Shown here piece by piece: positions 26,101 to 38,564 of a DNA stretch of 64,000 nucleotides. The stretch's first letter is position 1. The number at the start of each line of letters is the position of its first letter. The stretch lies in the NCBI GenBank assembly GCA_030704615.1, contig CM060732.1, forward strand, positions 3,472,001 to 3,536,000. The letters run 5' to 3'. The notes under the pieces are model-generated. The model saw only the letters and a program-made list of their open reading frames with translations. It searched no databases and was not told the origin of the DNA. Source of the DNA: Takakia lepidozioides (taxonomy: Eukaryota; Plantae; Bryophyta). The translations under genes were made by a program, and so were the position numbers.

Positions 26101-28850
26101 ATCTGTACAAAAGGCGCATTGCTGCTTTGTCCGCGTTCGGCTGGTCGGTGAACTCGTGGCTCCGGCGGGCATATGGTAATCTCCCAAAAGAATAGGTCGG
26201 TTTTGTAGAGCGAAAGTACCTCGTCACATAGTCGCGTAGGCTCTCTGCTGCAGGAGAAATCTCCATCTTGAACTGATGTGCTTGTGTGTCCAGCTGCTCT
26301 TGCGCATTCGTCGTCACCTGTGGAGATTCTCCATCAGATCGCATTGCTGAAAAAATACAATGAATCCACCCCCACAAGAGTAGTAGAAGCGCCAAACGAA
26401 GCGTGGGGAAGTACTGAAACCACCATGTCATGCGGTTCATCCACATGTCGAATGTGGGGTAAGACAGTTTGTCCGGTTGGGGGAAGCTCCACATGTCCCT
26501 TGTACTTTGGGAACCATTCCAGATTTGGAGCCACCGGGTCTGTCCAACCACCCAGCATATTCGTAAGCGCCAACACCCACAAAAACGAGTTGTTGCCCAC
26601 CAATTTGGTTAAGAATGTATCACCTTTTCTGCACCATCCACACAGGATGTGGCTAGACAATGGAGCTTCTCCAATGTCATCGTGGGCTTCAGAGTGCGGG
26701 AGTAGTGCTTCCCCACCTCCCACCAGAAAGTCAGCACCAAGGGCGGGATCAGCTATGGCCACGTACTTTACCATCCGCGACTTGTACTTTATGCGGGCCC
26801 TCACCTCCGCAGCTTTGAGATACGATTCGAGTGCCGGGAGGGTTAGATTCTTCTCCTCTGACTCCATGTAGAACCTCCGCGCATGTGCCAAATCCTGCTG
26901 AATTTTCGTCTGTCAAGAATGCGCACATAAGATTAGAGATCCTGCTCAACACTTTTTCTTCTATTGGGGGAGGAAGAGACAGATTAGCTCAACAAAACAA
27001 GTAAGGAGCTTTATCCGAAATATGTAGTCCACCATGGCGTCCATGCTCAGCCTATACCAAGTTCTGTCTGCCTTTGCCTCCGACTTGCGCAGGAGGTCGG
27101 CACTGAGCGAAATGGCAAAACTCTTGCACACCCTGCTTCCCGACATCCTTCACTCGGAAGAGCATATGGGACAAGTTGGTGGCAATGAAGGCATTCTCAG
27201 TCACCCTGCAATGCCACATTCCATCAAACAATTCTGAAATGGAAATTTACAACAAATATGAGGATTCGCAATGAAATGACTTACAATCGGATGGGTCCAA
27301 AAGCAAGAGGCGTTGTAACTTACGAGTTGATGTCCGCCATTGCAGCTTTGAGAAGACTGCGATCTTTGGGCCCCGCAACCTTCAGCACAACACACTCCAC
27401 GACGAAATGCCAATCGAGGTCGTTGGGGTGGGCTTCGGCTATGTGCTCCATCCATGCCAGGAGGCGATGATTGCCGTCCCACACGTAAAACATCTTCCCG
27501 GACAAGTGCTGGAAAAGAGGATCAGTAACAATCGATCTCTCGAACTCCTCATTTCGCCTTTGCCAATGGGGACCCCCATTTGTCCACCTCATCAGAAGTG
27601 TGGGCACAGGAAGCTCCGTGGTCGTTCTCAATGGAAACGTAAAACGCGGCAGACCCCATTCGATATCCATCCCGGAAAGAGAATTTCAGCTTGTCGATAT
27701 CGCCTGGGAGGGCAGGTCTCACCACCTGCAAAGACACCAAGCGGCAAAGGGGAATTCGAAGCTTGGCCGGGTACACCATGCCCCCCAGCACCCTGCCAAT
27801 GTTGTAGTGGGTTGCCTCCAACATCTTGGCAGCGGCCAACTTCATACCCGCCTCGGACATGACGTCTGCTGCATAGGGGTTCTCCGGCAGCCCACCAGGA
27901 CCGCCAAATCCAGCCTGTATGCTGCGGGTTTGGGGCCTGGGGATGTCCGGGAGGATGTCATCCTGGTCAGAAAGCTCGGTGTCGTCCTCCTCAACATGGT
28001 GAACCACCGGCGAAACCACCTCGAGCACTCTCCCTGTCTCTACTGCCATCTCCCCGGCTTCACCTCGAACTTGCACAATCCGTGCTCTTTGTGGTGTTCT
28101 TTCCTCTCCTCCACTCTCCACCGTATGGGTAATTGCGGGGGCTGCTCTTGTCCGCGATGGTGTAACACACCTCTTTGTGGTGTCTTGGAGGGATCCCCCG
28201 TCTCTGTGCGTCCCTCGCTTACATTGGCATCTGTCATTTGGGCACCCCTGGCCTCTTCAGTGGCATTTTCTCTATCCTCCTGGCTTGCCTTTTGTCTCGC
28301 CTGTTCTTTTGCCCTCTCGTTTGCCCTCTCACGGGCTTTCTGTTTCTTACTAGGGCTAGCAGCAGGGGAGCCCTCCAAGACGACCACCTTTGATTGAGGA
28401 GAAGGAACACCCTCGCGCGCACTGCTCACTCCCCCCTCCGCAGCCCGTGACGGCTCTCTCGCCGGGGATTGCATGTGCTTAGCTTTCTTCTTCTTCTTTG
28501 CGTGGGCGGGCCCTACTGCATGTGCATCAACAACCTCCATTGTCGGATCTGTTGTCCTCACGCCCTTCACCTGCCATGCCGTCTACACCAACCTCCCCAA
28601 TGCCTATTCTGTCGTACCCCCGCTGCAGGTCCTCCCGTCCACCAACAAAAGGTTGAAGTTTGCCCTTTCGCCCCAAGTTGGGCGATTCAAACATGCGATG
28701 AGTTGGAGCGGTCGATGATACCAACATCGTGCCGGGCTCGTCGTCACTCTGTCATTCCCAAAATCGTCAGAACCAACATCGGTGCCAAAACCAGAATGGC
28801 AACGAACAGCGCAACCACCATAGCAACAATCGTGGAACAACAATGAAAAC
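23200..28850 (-). pseudogene. Multi-exon gene: ParB/Srx-like domain plus beta-class N6A/N4C DNA methyltransferase (frameshifted copy)
   Basis: ParB-like: IPLCRLVSLQVVRPALPGDIDKLKFSFRDGY...FYVWDGNHRLLAW (27450-27760). MTase motif IV ILLDIPYG (DIPY 24698-24709) precedes motif I RILDLTCGTG|ASMWAGTLSDRHVFAFEPD, which is split by GT-AG intron 24010-24094 (post-intron peptide read from copy C). Further GTAAGT donors at 27323 and 24451. Gene ends are approximate. Confidence 0.75.
25630..26065. repeat. Direct/inverted repeat cluster with GGAAATTCGGCGCCATTTTCC core, inside the cargo gene (probably intronic)
   Basis: Visible repeats in both orientations; related to 7390-7835. Confidence 0.8.
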
Positions 28851-29299
28851 AAATCCAACCAGTGCCTAAGAATGACATGCTTCCAGCGATAACAGGATGA
28901 AGATGCAAAAACAAAGCGAAACAACAAAGCGAAAGCGAACAAAGCGAAAGCAGAAGTGGCTTGCCTGAGAGTACTCGGCTTCAGTTGGCGCGGGTTGTGA
29001 GCAAGACACTGGAATCTCCTGCTGGAGCTTAAGTTTGGCCATGCGAGAGATTGGCCGTCGTCCGTAGTACAAAGCTTTCAACTTCCGCCGCGGTCTGGAT
29101 GTGAGGTCTCTCTCAGGAGAGCCACGCCCTTCAGGCAGCATAAAACCTAGCCAAAATGGAAAAAGATCTCAGTTTTTTGGGGTACATGCCTCGAATAGAA
29201 ATTAATCCAAGATTAGCATCAGATTTAGGGTACATATCGAGGAAGCCATGTGTCGCCAGCCCAAATAAAAACGGACGGCGATGGACATTTAATGCCCAT

Positions 29300-29880
29300 C
29301 CGCCAGGTACGGCGGCGCGCAAAATTTCCCTCATGCAGGTAATTCGAAGAGCAGCAGGATGGAAATTCAGCGCCGAATTTCCATCCTGCCAGGTAGGGCG
29401 GCGCGCGAAATTTCCGCCACGCAGGTAATTCGGAGCCGGATGGATGGAAATCCGGCGCCGGATTTCCATCCTGTGAGGTAGGGCGGGGCGCGAAATTTCC
29501 ACCACGTAGGTAATTCGGAGCGGATGGATGGAAATCCGGCGCCGGATTTCCATCCTGCCGGGTAGGGCGGGGCGTGAAATTTCCGCCACGCGGGTAATTC
29601 GGAGCGGATGGATGGAAATCCGGCGCCGAATTTCCATCCAGCAGGTAGTGCGGCGCGCAAAATTTGCGTCGTGCAGGTAATTCGGAGCGGATCAGGATGG
29701 AAATTCGGCGCCGAATTTCCATCCTGCAGGTAATTCGAAGCCCGGATGGATGGAAATCCGGCGCCGAATTTCCATCCAGCAGGTTACTCGGATCGCTGGC
29801 GGATGGAAATTCGGCGCCGAATTTCCATTCGCCAGGTAAGTCGAAGCACCAAATTACCTTCCTGGAGGTAATTCTGAGCG
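29300..29880. repeat. Tandem array (~50-75 bp units) of the palindrome GGATGGAAATTCGGCGCCGAATTTCCATCC
   Basis: About 7 palindrome copies are directly visible. Confidence 0.9.
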
Positions 29881-29979
29881 TGGCCGCTTGGTTTTTCGGA
29901 GAAAAACAAAGTAAACTTTTAGTTTTGTGGCTGAAGTCCACTTTTAAACACGTTTTTCATGGAATCCTTGACTGCTAGA

Positions 29980-31110
29980 GGGAAATCCGAACGGCCTCGG
30001 ACGGAAATTCGGCGCCGTTTTTCCATTCTGTTCGGTTTTTATATCGTCCAGTTTTGGGCCTCACCACCCGGCCGGACTTCCTTTAAGGGGGTCCGGATGG
30101 AAGTTCGGCGGCGAATTTCAATCCGGGGGATGGTATCTGTCGGACAGGTGCCGGCCTCTACGCCCGAGGCGACTTCGTTCGGGCGTCATTTGGTGCCGAA
30201 CTTCCGTCCGGGGGTTGAAATGTGACGGCCAGGTGCCGGCCTCTCCCCCTCCCCAACAGCATCCGAACCGCCCGCACGGAAATTCGGGCCGTTTTTCCAT
30301 CCTGTTCGGTTTTTATATCGTCCAGTTTTGGGCCTCACCACCCGACCGGACCTCCTTTGAGGGGGCCGGATGGAAATTTGGTGGTGAATTTCCATCCGGG
30401 GGATGGTCTCTGTCGGACAGGTGCCGGCCTCTACGCCCAAGGCGACTTCGTCCGGGCGTCACTTGTTGGATATTCGGTGCCGAATTTCCGTCCGGGGGTT
30501 GAAATGTGACGGCCAGGTGCCGGCCTCTCCCCCCTCCCGACTGCATCCGAACCGCCCCGCACGGAAATTCGGCGCCGTTTTTCCATCCTGTTCGGTTTTT
30601 ATATCGTCCAGTTTTGGGCCTCACCACCCGACTAGACTTCCTTTGAGGGGGCCGGATGGAAATTCGGCGGCAAATTTCCATCCAGGGGATGTCTCTGTCG
30701 GACAGGTGCCGGCCTCTACGCCCGAGGCGACTTCGTCCGGGCGTCACCTGTTGGATATTCGGTGCCGAATTTCCGTCCGGGGGTTGTAATGTGAGGGCCA
30801 GGTGTCGGCCTCTCCCCCCTCCCCGACTGCATCCGAACGGCCTCGGATGGGAATTCGGCGCCGTTTTTCCATCCGGGGAGGTTTTTATGTCGGCCAGTTT
30901 TCGGCCTGACCCCCCGACACGACTTCCTTTGGGGGGATCCGAATGGAAATTCGGCGCTGAATTTCCATCCGGGGGTTGTTCTGTGTCGGACAGGTTCCGG
31001 CCTCTCTGCCCGAGGCGACTTCATTCGTGCGGCCCCTGCTGGATATTCGGTGCCGAATTTTCATCCGGGAATAGTAATGTGACGGCACGGTGCCGGCTTC
31101 TCCCCTTCAG
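29980..31110. repeat. Tandem array, ~285-bp unit, ~4 copies, about three GG(C/T)GCC palindromic motifs per unit
   Basis: Unit starts near 30000, 30275, 30560 and 30848. Confidence 0.88.
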
Positions 31111-31266
31111 CCGACATCATCTGGACGGCCCCCCACTTTCTGACTGCATACCGTTGGCAGTTATTGCGCAAAGACCAGGGGCCGCATTCCTGAGACAAGG
31201 TTCATTAACACTATGACTGTGGATTTTTGAGATAGTTGGCTCCCTGGATTTGGATCAGGCTCTGTC

Positions 31267-31992
31267 TGTCGCGGCCCTTTGCCTTGAGGGCAGGGGGTCG
31301 GGACACATGAGGGGCTGCCCCTGTGGTGGGGGCAGCGGCAGCGATAGGTATGGGGGGCTGAAGCACCCTTGAGTGCCTTGGGCACTCAAGGAGGCGGAGG
31401 CACTCAATAGGTGGAGCCCCGCACACCGGGTTGCGGTGGGGGTGGCTCCACAAGGGGTGGTGGTAGCTTAGCGGGACTTAGTGGGGGTGGCATAGGACTC
31501 ACCATGGGGGCGGAGACCTCGTGGTTGGAGTCATGGGGAGTCTTGGGACTCATCACGGTCCATAGGGGCCGTGGTGAGTGGGCCAAGACTCACCGCGACT
31601 CATCACCGGGAGTCGAGGGTTTTCGTGGTGGTTCGCCATAAAATGGCATGGCTGGTTGTGAAACCCCCGCGGACAGCTACAGAAGTATATATAGGGAGTA
31701 GTAACCCCGAGAACGGTGCAAGCCCGTTGGTGACCAAAAACTAGTGAGTAAGCGAGCGAGCCGGAAAGCGACCAAAGAGTGGGGAGCTGTTCCGGACTGC
31801 CAACTACCAAAGGGAATTCCCGCTGGTTCCAAATTGGTGGAGGGTTCTTTGGGAGTTCAAAGGGGGACCGTTATGCCCCGGTGAGCAGCCGAAGCTCCAA
31901 GTTGGTCCGGCGGCCAGGTTGGGAGTTAGGCGCGCGCATCAAGCTAGCAACTATGACTTGAAGGGGAGCTTACCGAAGTGAGGTGTGCGACA
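31267..31992 (+). repeat. 5' LTR (726 bp)
   Basis: TGTCGC...GCGACA inverted termini. Starts where MULE A/B homology breaks and is followed by the PBS. Confidence 0.88.
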
Positions 31993-31994
31993 CT

Positions 31995-32006
31995 TGGTAT
32001 CAGAGC
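31995..32006 (+). promoter_or_regulatory. Primer binding site, initiator tRNA-Met
   Basis: TGGTATCAGAGC, 2 nt after the LTR end. Confidence 0.92.
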
Positions 32007-32047
32007 TTAGAGTTCAGTACGTGATCGTCCTTGGGATTGGCCTCATC

Positions 32048-35000
32048 ATGGGGTCGGGCAAGCCAAAGCGAAAGCGGAACGGCCCAAAAGATGATGATCC
32101 TGGTGGGCCCGATGGGGGCGACGTGTCACCGAGGCGGCCGTTTGAGGAAGCGATGCATGTCTCCGAAAATGAGGCCGCTCAAGAGCGGGAGGAATCTGAG
32201 GAGTTGGAGCCCGAGGAATCCCTGAGAGCTCCGACTGACCAACAGATGCCTCCCATGCCGGCAGCCTTTTGGGAAGGGTTGTTGGCGCAATTTGGTGGGA
32301 CGTTGAAAGACGTGTTGAAGGCGGCTAATGCCACTTCCACTAAGGCAAATTTAAGGTAAAGCCTAAGGAACCCAGCACCTTCGAGGGCGTCCGAAATCGG
32401 AAGGCACTCAACACCTGGCTCCTGGAGCTAGAGCAGTACTTCCGGGCGGCCAAGTTGAGTGACGAGGACCGGGTGGAAGTGGCTCCCACCTATTTGAGGG
32501 GCTATGCTCAACAATGATGGCAGAAAACGCCTTCACGACCGAGGTCCAAGCCCGGAAACCTTGAATTGGAGTGGGTTCAAGGAATTGATGAAAAGGCAGT
32601 TTGTGCCCCTCAACGCGTCCTGGCTTGCCCGGGACAAGATGAGGAATTTGAAGCAAACAGATGACATTCGGGGATATGTCCAGGCTTTCAATGTGCTGTT
32701 GCTCGAAGTCGCGGACATGGCAGAACCAGAAATGGTCTTCAACCTTGTGGCGGGACTGGCCCCATGGGCTATGCGGAAGTTGGAGGAGAAGCCACCTAAG
32801 ACTTTGAACGAGGCAATTGAGAGGGCTGAATGTTTCTCGGATGTCCCTAGGGGTGAAAGACAAGGCCGTACGGAGCTGAACCACAAGAAAACCCGGCGGG
32901 AAGGTGACGCCTTCCGACCGGAAAAGAAGTGGGATAGGCCACGCGGCGACAATGGCACGTGGAAATCGAAGGGAGGGCCTTCACAAGTCAAGGTGGCACC
33001 CGGTGCTTCAAAAGGAAAAGCGGGTGGAGCGGCCTATGGCAGACAGAAGGCGACCTTTGATGGAGTGTGTTTCAATTGCGGGGAGCCCGGGCACATGGCC
33101 AAGAAGTGCATGAAGCCCCGGCAATTGAACATGACTCGGGCGACCACAGAGCTGTCGGAAGATACCATCAGTCGCTTGGTGGAAGCGGTGGTCACCAGGA
33201 CTTGCAAGGTAGGCGAATTTTCTTGTGAATTATATCAGGAAACTGGCGCCTTACGTAAAGGGAGTCAGTTATTGTTCGTGGATGGGATAATATCCGGAAC
33301 TAACGTGTCATTGTTGGTGGACATAGGAGCGTCGCACTCCTTCATGACACCGGCAACGGCACAAAAGCTGGGACTCCCGACAAGTGACGTGGGGGCCTCT
33401 ATTGAGGTACGTTCTGCCAAAGGAGAACCGCAATTGGCGACGAGGTTGGCGTTCGATGTCTCTCTTCAACTGGGGAAATGGGAAGGACGTGAGAACTTCA
33501 CCATTTGCGAGATCGATGGAGTGGATCTCATTTTGGGGATGACCTTTTTGAGCAAATCCGGAGCGGTCATAGATGGCCGCAAAAGAGTAGTCACGCTACC
33601 ATGTGGGGATGGTGGCGAAGTCTTACGAGTATTGGAAACGCCCAAACCCGTGGGAGGGCGAATAAACCTTCTGTCAGCAAGGGAGTGGGCCGTGGAGGAG
33701 GCACACGAGCCCCAATTTTTGCTTTACATTAGAGAAGTGAAGGGAGAAGGCGATGGGGAGCCGAGCCCAGATTGGATCAAGGGGATTTTGGAGAGATACC
33801 AAGATGTGATGTCGGAGGATTTACCAAGCAGCTTGCCACCTCGAAGAGGAGTTGACCACAAGATTGAGGTGATACCGGGATCGGAACCGCCTGCCAAGGC
33901 GCCCTGCCGGTTGAGCCACAGAGAGTTGGTCGAGCTGAAGACTCAGCTCAAAGATCTAATGTCAAAGGGGTACATCCGGCCGAATAAGTCACCTTACGGA
34001 GCCCCGGTGCTATTCCCAGACAAGAAGGATGGGACGCTGCGGATGTGTGTCGATTACAGGGCTTTGAATAAGGTGACTATCAAAAACCGGTATCCTTTGC
34101 CAAGGATCGACGACCTTTTCGATCGGTTGGCAAGAGCAAAGTATTTCAGCCGGATCGATCTGCGCTCCGGCTATCATCAAATTCGAGTGGCGGAAGGAGA
34201 TGAGGAGAAGACCGCGTGCAGGACAAGGTATGGTTCATATGAGTTCTTGGTGATGCCTTTTGGGCTCACCAATGCACCCGCAACCTTTAGCACGCCGATG
34301 AACAGCCTTTTCCAGGATTGGTTGGATGACTTTGTGATCGTGTACATCGACGACATCTTGGTGTATTCGAAAACAAAGGAGGAGCACCTGAAGCACCTCA
34401 AAAGGGTGTTCCAGAAATTGCGGGAAGAGAAGCTGTATGCCAAAGCTTCAAAGTGCGAATTCGGGGTCACAAAAGTGGAGTTCCTGGGGCATGTGATTAC
34501 ACAGGATGGGATCAAAATGGATGACAGAAAGGTGAGAGCGATCTTGGACTGGGAGCCTCCGACTTCGGTCCCGGGAGTGCGATCCTTCCTAGGACTCGCC
34601 TCCTATTACCGGAAGTATGTGAGAAATTTCGCCAAGATCGCGGGGCCGTTGTCAGACCTTCTGTGTAAATCCAAAGTCTGGGTATGGAACACCTTGTGTG
34701 GCCAAGCTTTTGCTGAATTGAAGCAGCGGATGGCGGAAGCTCCAGTCTTGAAAATCCCGGAGTTCGATCGGCCGTTCGAGATTCATACAGATGCGTCGGA
34801 CTTTGCGATTGGGGATGTACTGATGCAAGATGGACGTCCAGTGGCTTACGAAAGTAAGAAACTGAACGAAGTGGAGCGACGGTGGCCGACGCACGAGAAA
34901 GAGATGAAGGCGGTGGTGCACTGTCTTGAGCTTTGGCGCCACTATGTTGGTTCCAACCCAGTGAAGGTGTTCACGGACAATGTTACGGTGAAGTATTTTG

Positions 35001-35790
35001 CCACGCAGCCCAAGTTGTCCCCAAAACAACTTAGGTGGCAAGATACTTTGGCGGTGTTTGACGTGGATATCCAGTACAAATCGGGACGTGACAATGTGGT
35101 GGCCGATGCTTTAAGTAGAAAACAACAATTCTTGTTGGTGTACAGGGGCGAGACGGCGCTCCAAAGGAAGATCCGGAAGGCTTGCCATAAGGATGAGCTG
35201 GCGAAGTCCGTGATGCAGGACTTGAGGAGGGGGGTTAAATCGCAATTCCACTTGCAAAATGGACTGCTCCGGTATAAGCAAAAACGTCTCTACGTGCCGA
35301 AGGGAGGGATCAGAGATAGTCTCTTGAGAGAATGCTATGATAGCCCGCTTGCGGGCCACGGCGGAGCCACGCGCACTGCGGCACTCTTGAAGAAAGAGTA
35401 TTTCTGGCCCAAACTGAGGGAGGAGGCAGAGGAGTATGTCAAGACATGCACCACATGCCAACAAAACCGGAGCGAGTACAAAAAGCAAGCGAGGCTGTTA
35501 CAACCCTTGCCGATTCCAGAGGGGACTTGGGAAAGCGTCTCGATGGATTTCATGACTGCTATGCCGCTGTCAAAAGGATTCGATGCAATCATGGTGGTGG
35601 TGGATAGGTTCAGTAAAATGGGCCATTTTATCGCCACCAAGGAGACGGCAACGGCACAAGAGACAGAGCAACTTTACTTCGCCCACGTCTTAAAACATCA
35701 TGGAGTCCCGAAGGATATTGTCTCGGACCGCGATCCAAAGTTTACGAGTAAATTTTGGAGGACACTTTGGAAGAAGATGGGGACGAGGCG
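32048..35790 (+). pseudogene. pol: gag-pol (gag, CCHC knuckle, PR, RT, RH, partial INT)
   Basis: KPKEPSTFEG gag motif, [44 protein letters not shown]. Frameshifts in gag; the ORF runs into the downstream repeat. Confidence 0.92.
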
Positions 35791-35834
35791 CAAGGATGAC
35801 AAGATCTGTCGCGTAGGGCTGCTGCACTTGTGCC

Positions 35835-37050
35835 AAGCTCAAAACACCTGTACTAGGAAGCACCAAACAGTGTGCGGCAACGCACATTTTTGGGCCCCCC
35901 TTCCCGGTTGTTTTTTTACTTCAAAATGGGCCACAAATGGCCCGTATGCCATGCTCAAATTACCCCTAATTGGAAGCCCCAAACAGTGTGCTTCAAAGCA
36001 CACTGTTTGAGCCCCCCTCTGTGCCTGTTTTTTGATTTCAAAATGGGTCATATTTGATGTCTAAATGTGCCACACAGGGCCAGTGTGCCAAGTTCAAAAC
36101 ACCCGTAGTTGGAAGCACCAAACAGTGTGCGGCAATGCACACTGTTTGGGCCCCCCTTTCCGGTTGTTTTGCGACTTCAAAATGGGCCACAAATGGCCAG
36201 TATGCCATGCTCAAAATACCCCTGATTGGAAGCCCCAAACAGTGTGCTTCAAAGCACACTGTTTGAGGCCCCCTCTGTGCCTGTTTTTTGATTTTAAAAT
36301 GGGCCATGTTTGATGTCTAAATGTGCCACACAGGGCCAGTGTGCCAAGTTCAAAACACCTGTAGTTGGAAGCACCAAACAGTGTGCGGCAATGCACATTT
36401 TTGGGCCCCCCTTCCCGATTGTTTTTTTACTTCAAAATGGGCCACAAATGGCCCGTATGCCATGCTCAAATTACCCCTAATTGGAAGCCCCAAACAGTGT
36501 GCTTCAAAGCACAATGTTTGAGCCCCCCTCTGTGCCTGTTTTTTGATTTCAAAATGGGCCATGTTTGATGTCTAAATGTGCCACACAGGGCCAGTGTGCC
36601 AAGTTCAAAACACCCATAGTGGGAAACACCCAACAGTGGGCGGCAACGCACACTGATTGGGCCCCCAGTTGTTTTTTTTCTTTCAAAATCGGCCACAAAA
36701 GGCCAGTATGTCATGCTCAAAATACCCCTAATTGGAAGCCCCAAATAGTGTGCGGCAACGCACACTGTTTGGGCCCCCATTTCCGGTTGTTTTTTTATTT
36801 CAAAATGGGCCACAAAGGGCCAGTATGCCATGCTCAAAATACCCCTAATTGGAAGCCCTAAACAGTGTGCTTCAAAGCACACTGTTTGTGGCCCCCTCTG
36901 TGCCTGTTTTTTTAATTTCAAAATGGGCCATGTTTGATGTTTAAATGTGCCACACAAGGCCAGTGTGCCCAGTTCAAAACACCCGTAGTTGGAAGCACCA
37001 AACAGTGTGCGGCAACGCACACTGTTTGTGCCCCCCTTTCCGGTTTTTTG
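35835..37050. repeat. Higher-order tandem repeat (~255-bp unit of two related monomers, each with a CAAACAGTGTGC...GCACACTGTTTG hairpin)
   Basis: CAAAACACC recurs at ~35840, 36096, 36351, 36606 and 36975. Confidence 0.9.
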
Positions 37051-38564
37051 TTTGTAAATCTGCCTTCTTGTTCCTCTTCTTGGTGGTTCTCGGATGGAGT
37101 TGCATAAGTCGCTCAAATGAATATGTAGGTGCCTGGTTTTCAAGCTTCTTAGATCCTTCTGGATGTCCTGTTCGCAGACACGTTTGTTTGAAGCTGTTTG
37201 TCTCGTCCGAGTGCATCCACCTACGACTCCAGCCGTCATTAGGGAGTTCGCCATCACTCATGGGGGCAAGTTCATAGACGAGAAGACAAATCCTCCCACG
37301 GATGACATGCACCACAAGTACGTGGACAACAACGTCTGCTTGCATAGGGGGAATGGGGTTTTTTGGGATTGAAGGGGATGCCGAAATTTACAAGAACCTC
37401 CTGGTGGGTTTGGGTGGACAAACTTCTCAAGTCCTTCCAAAGCCGCTTCTCGGTGATATTGATACAGGGGAGACGTCCGACAAGGAGCTGGACTCCGACT
37501 TTGCCTGTGAGTAAGTTCAACCTGTGGATGCTTGCATTCTTGTTTCACTGGAATCACTGTTCTTAAGGCAAAGGTGCACATGGGAGACATCCTCTTCGTT
37601 GGACTTGTGCATTGCATCATTGTATTCAAAATGGATTTTTGTCGACTTGTGCAGGAGTCTGTGTGCTTCCACTGACCCTCCAGGGCTATCACAACTTCTT
37701 GGACTTCTTTCAAGTCCTCCTCAGTCTTACATGCTACCCGTCTATGTGGAGGCACTCGCAGCAAGCATGTCCGTTCATGGCACTCGCAGTCCAACCATCG
37801 ACGGTCGTGGTAGAAGACGTGGTGTTGGGGCCGGAATCTTTGTGGATGACATAGCACAGGAGGTCGATTGTGATTGTGATGACTTTGACACTTGATATCA
37901 AGTTTTCTTTTACTTTTATTCGGGGCCAATTTTGAGATGGGATGGTGGTGTGTCTTTGTTGTCCTGTTTGCAATGTGTGCGTGGGATGCAAATTCCTGGG
38001 AACAAACTATCGTTGGAGATGGGGGTTGCATGGACTGTCCGTATTGTTCCTTCAATCTCTTTAGTGTTTTCCGGAGCTCACAGTCTTGTGTGCATTGCAA
38101 AAACAAACAAACGTCTTTGGTTTGGGCAGTGCATTCTTGCATCATTTGCTCGTTGGTCTCCAAACCATTCCAGCTAGAAGAATGCTTGGTAAATCCACCA
38201 CGTTAAAGTCCACGTGATCAAAGATTGTTCAGGCATTCTTCTGCTGAGCATCCATGATGCTCCCGCACATACCATACATGTTGGCAAGGGTGGTAAGTAA
38301 GAAAATATTTCGCAGGGATCCGCTTTGGATGATGTGAGTGTGCACCTGCTCACGACGTAGCCACATTCCAATGCAAGGGCTTGGTATGTTAATAACGTCT
38401 TAATAGATGCAATGGATAGATGGATACAATGGATGTAACACATCCAGTCTGCATTCCCTGAAAATGGCTGATCAACTCACGGTAATAGGTGACACCCGCG
38501 GAAATAGGCCATGTATGCATGTTGACGTGGCGTGAGCCTGTGCTGGGCTCACGGGCTCCTGGGC

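Larger units (their letters stand above)
23013..31266 (+). mobile_element. MULE copy B, left half (left TIR, ParB-MTase cargo gene, central repeats)
   Basis: TIR GGGGGCTGCTATTTCATGAGCGGCATGAGC interrupts Gypsy copy 2. Collinear with copy C, overlaps copy A, and is interrupted at 31267 by an LTR. Confidence 0.88.
31267..35790 (+). mobile_element. Chromovirus-type (Galadriel-like) Ty3/Gypsy element, 3'-truncated within integrase
   Basis: 5' LTR, tRNA-Met PBS and gag-pol. Homology stops after ...[11 protein letters not shown]. Confidence 0.9.

Noticed and set aside
23200-28850. Bacterial contamination as the source of the ParB-MTase
   Set aside because: The gene has spliceosomal-type introns, lies inside eukaryotic TIR elements in two copies, and is nested with plant retrotransposons.
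29131-31216. Many ORFs with MEIRRRISI repeats
   Set aside because: These are translations of the palindrome arrays on both strands, with no evidence of coding.
3219-31266. Copies A and B (or C) as two halves of one rearranged insertion
   Set aside because: The flanks next to the TIRs do not form a TSD, and the overlapping A/B segment is diverged.
35790-36010. C-terminal extension of the 1168-aa Pol as a novel domain
   Set aside because: It is read-through from the truncated integrase into the tandem repeat.
36974-38443. Minus-strand ORFs of up to 301 aa
   Set aside because: No recognisable motifs; probably decayed TE sequence that I cannot assign.
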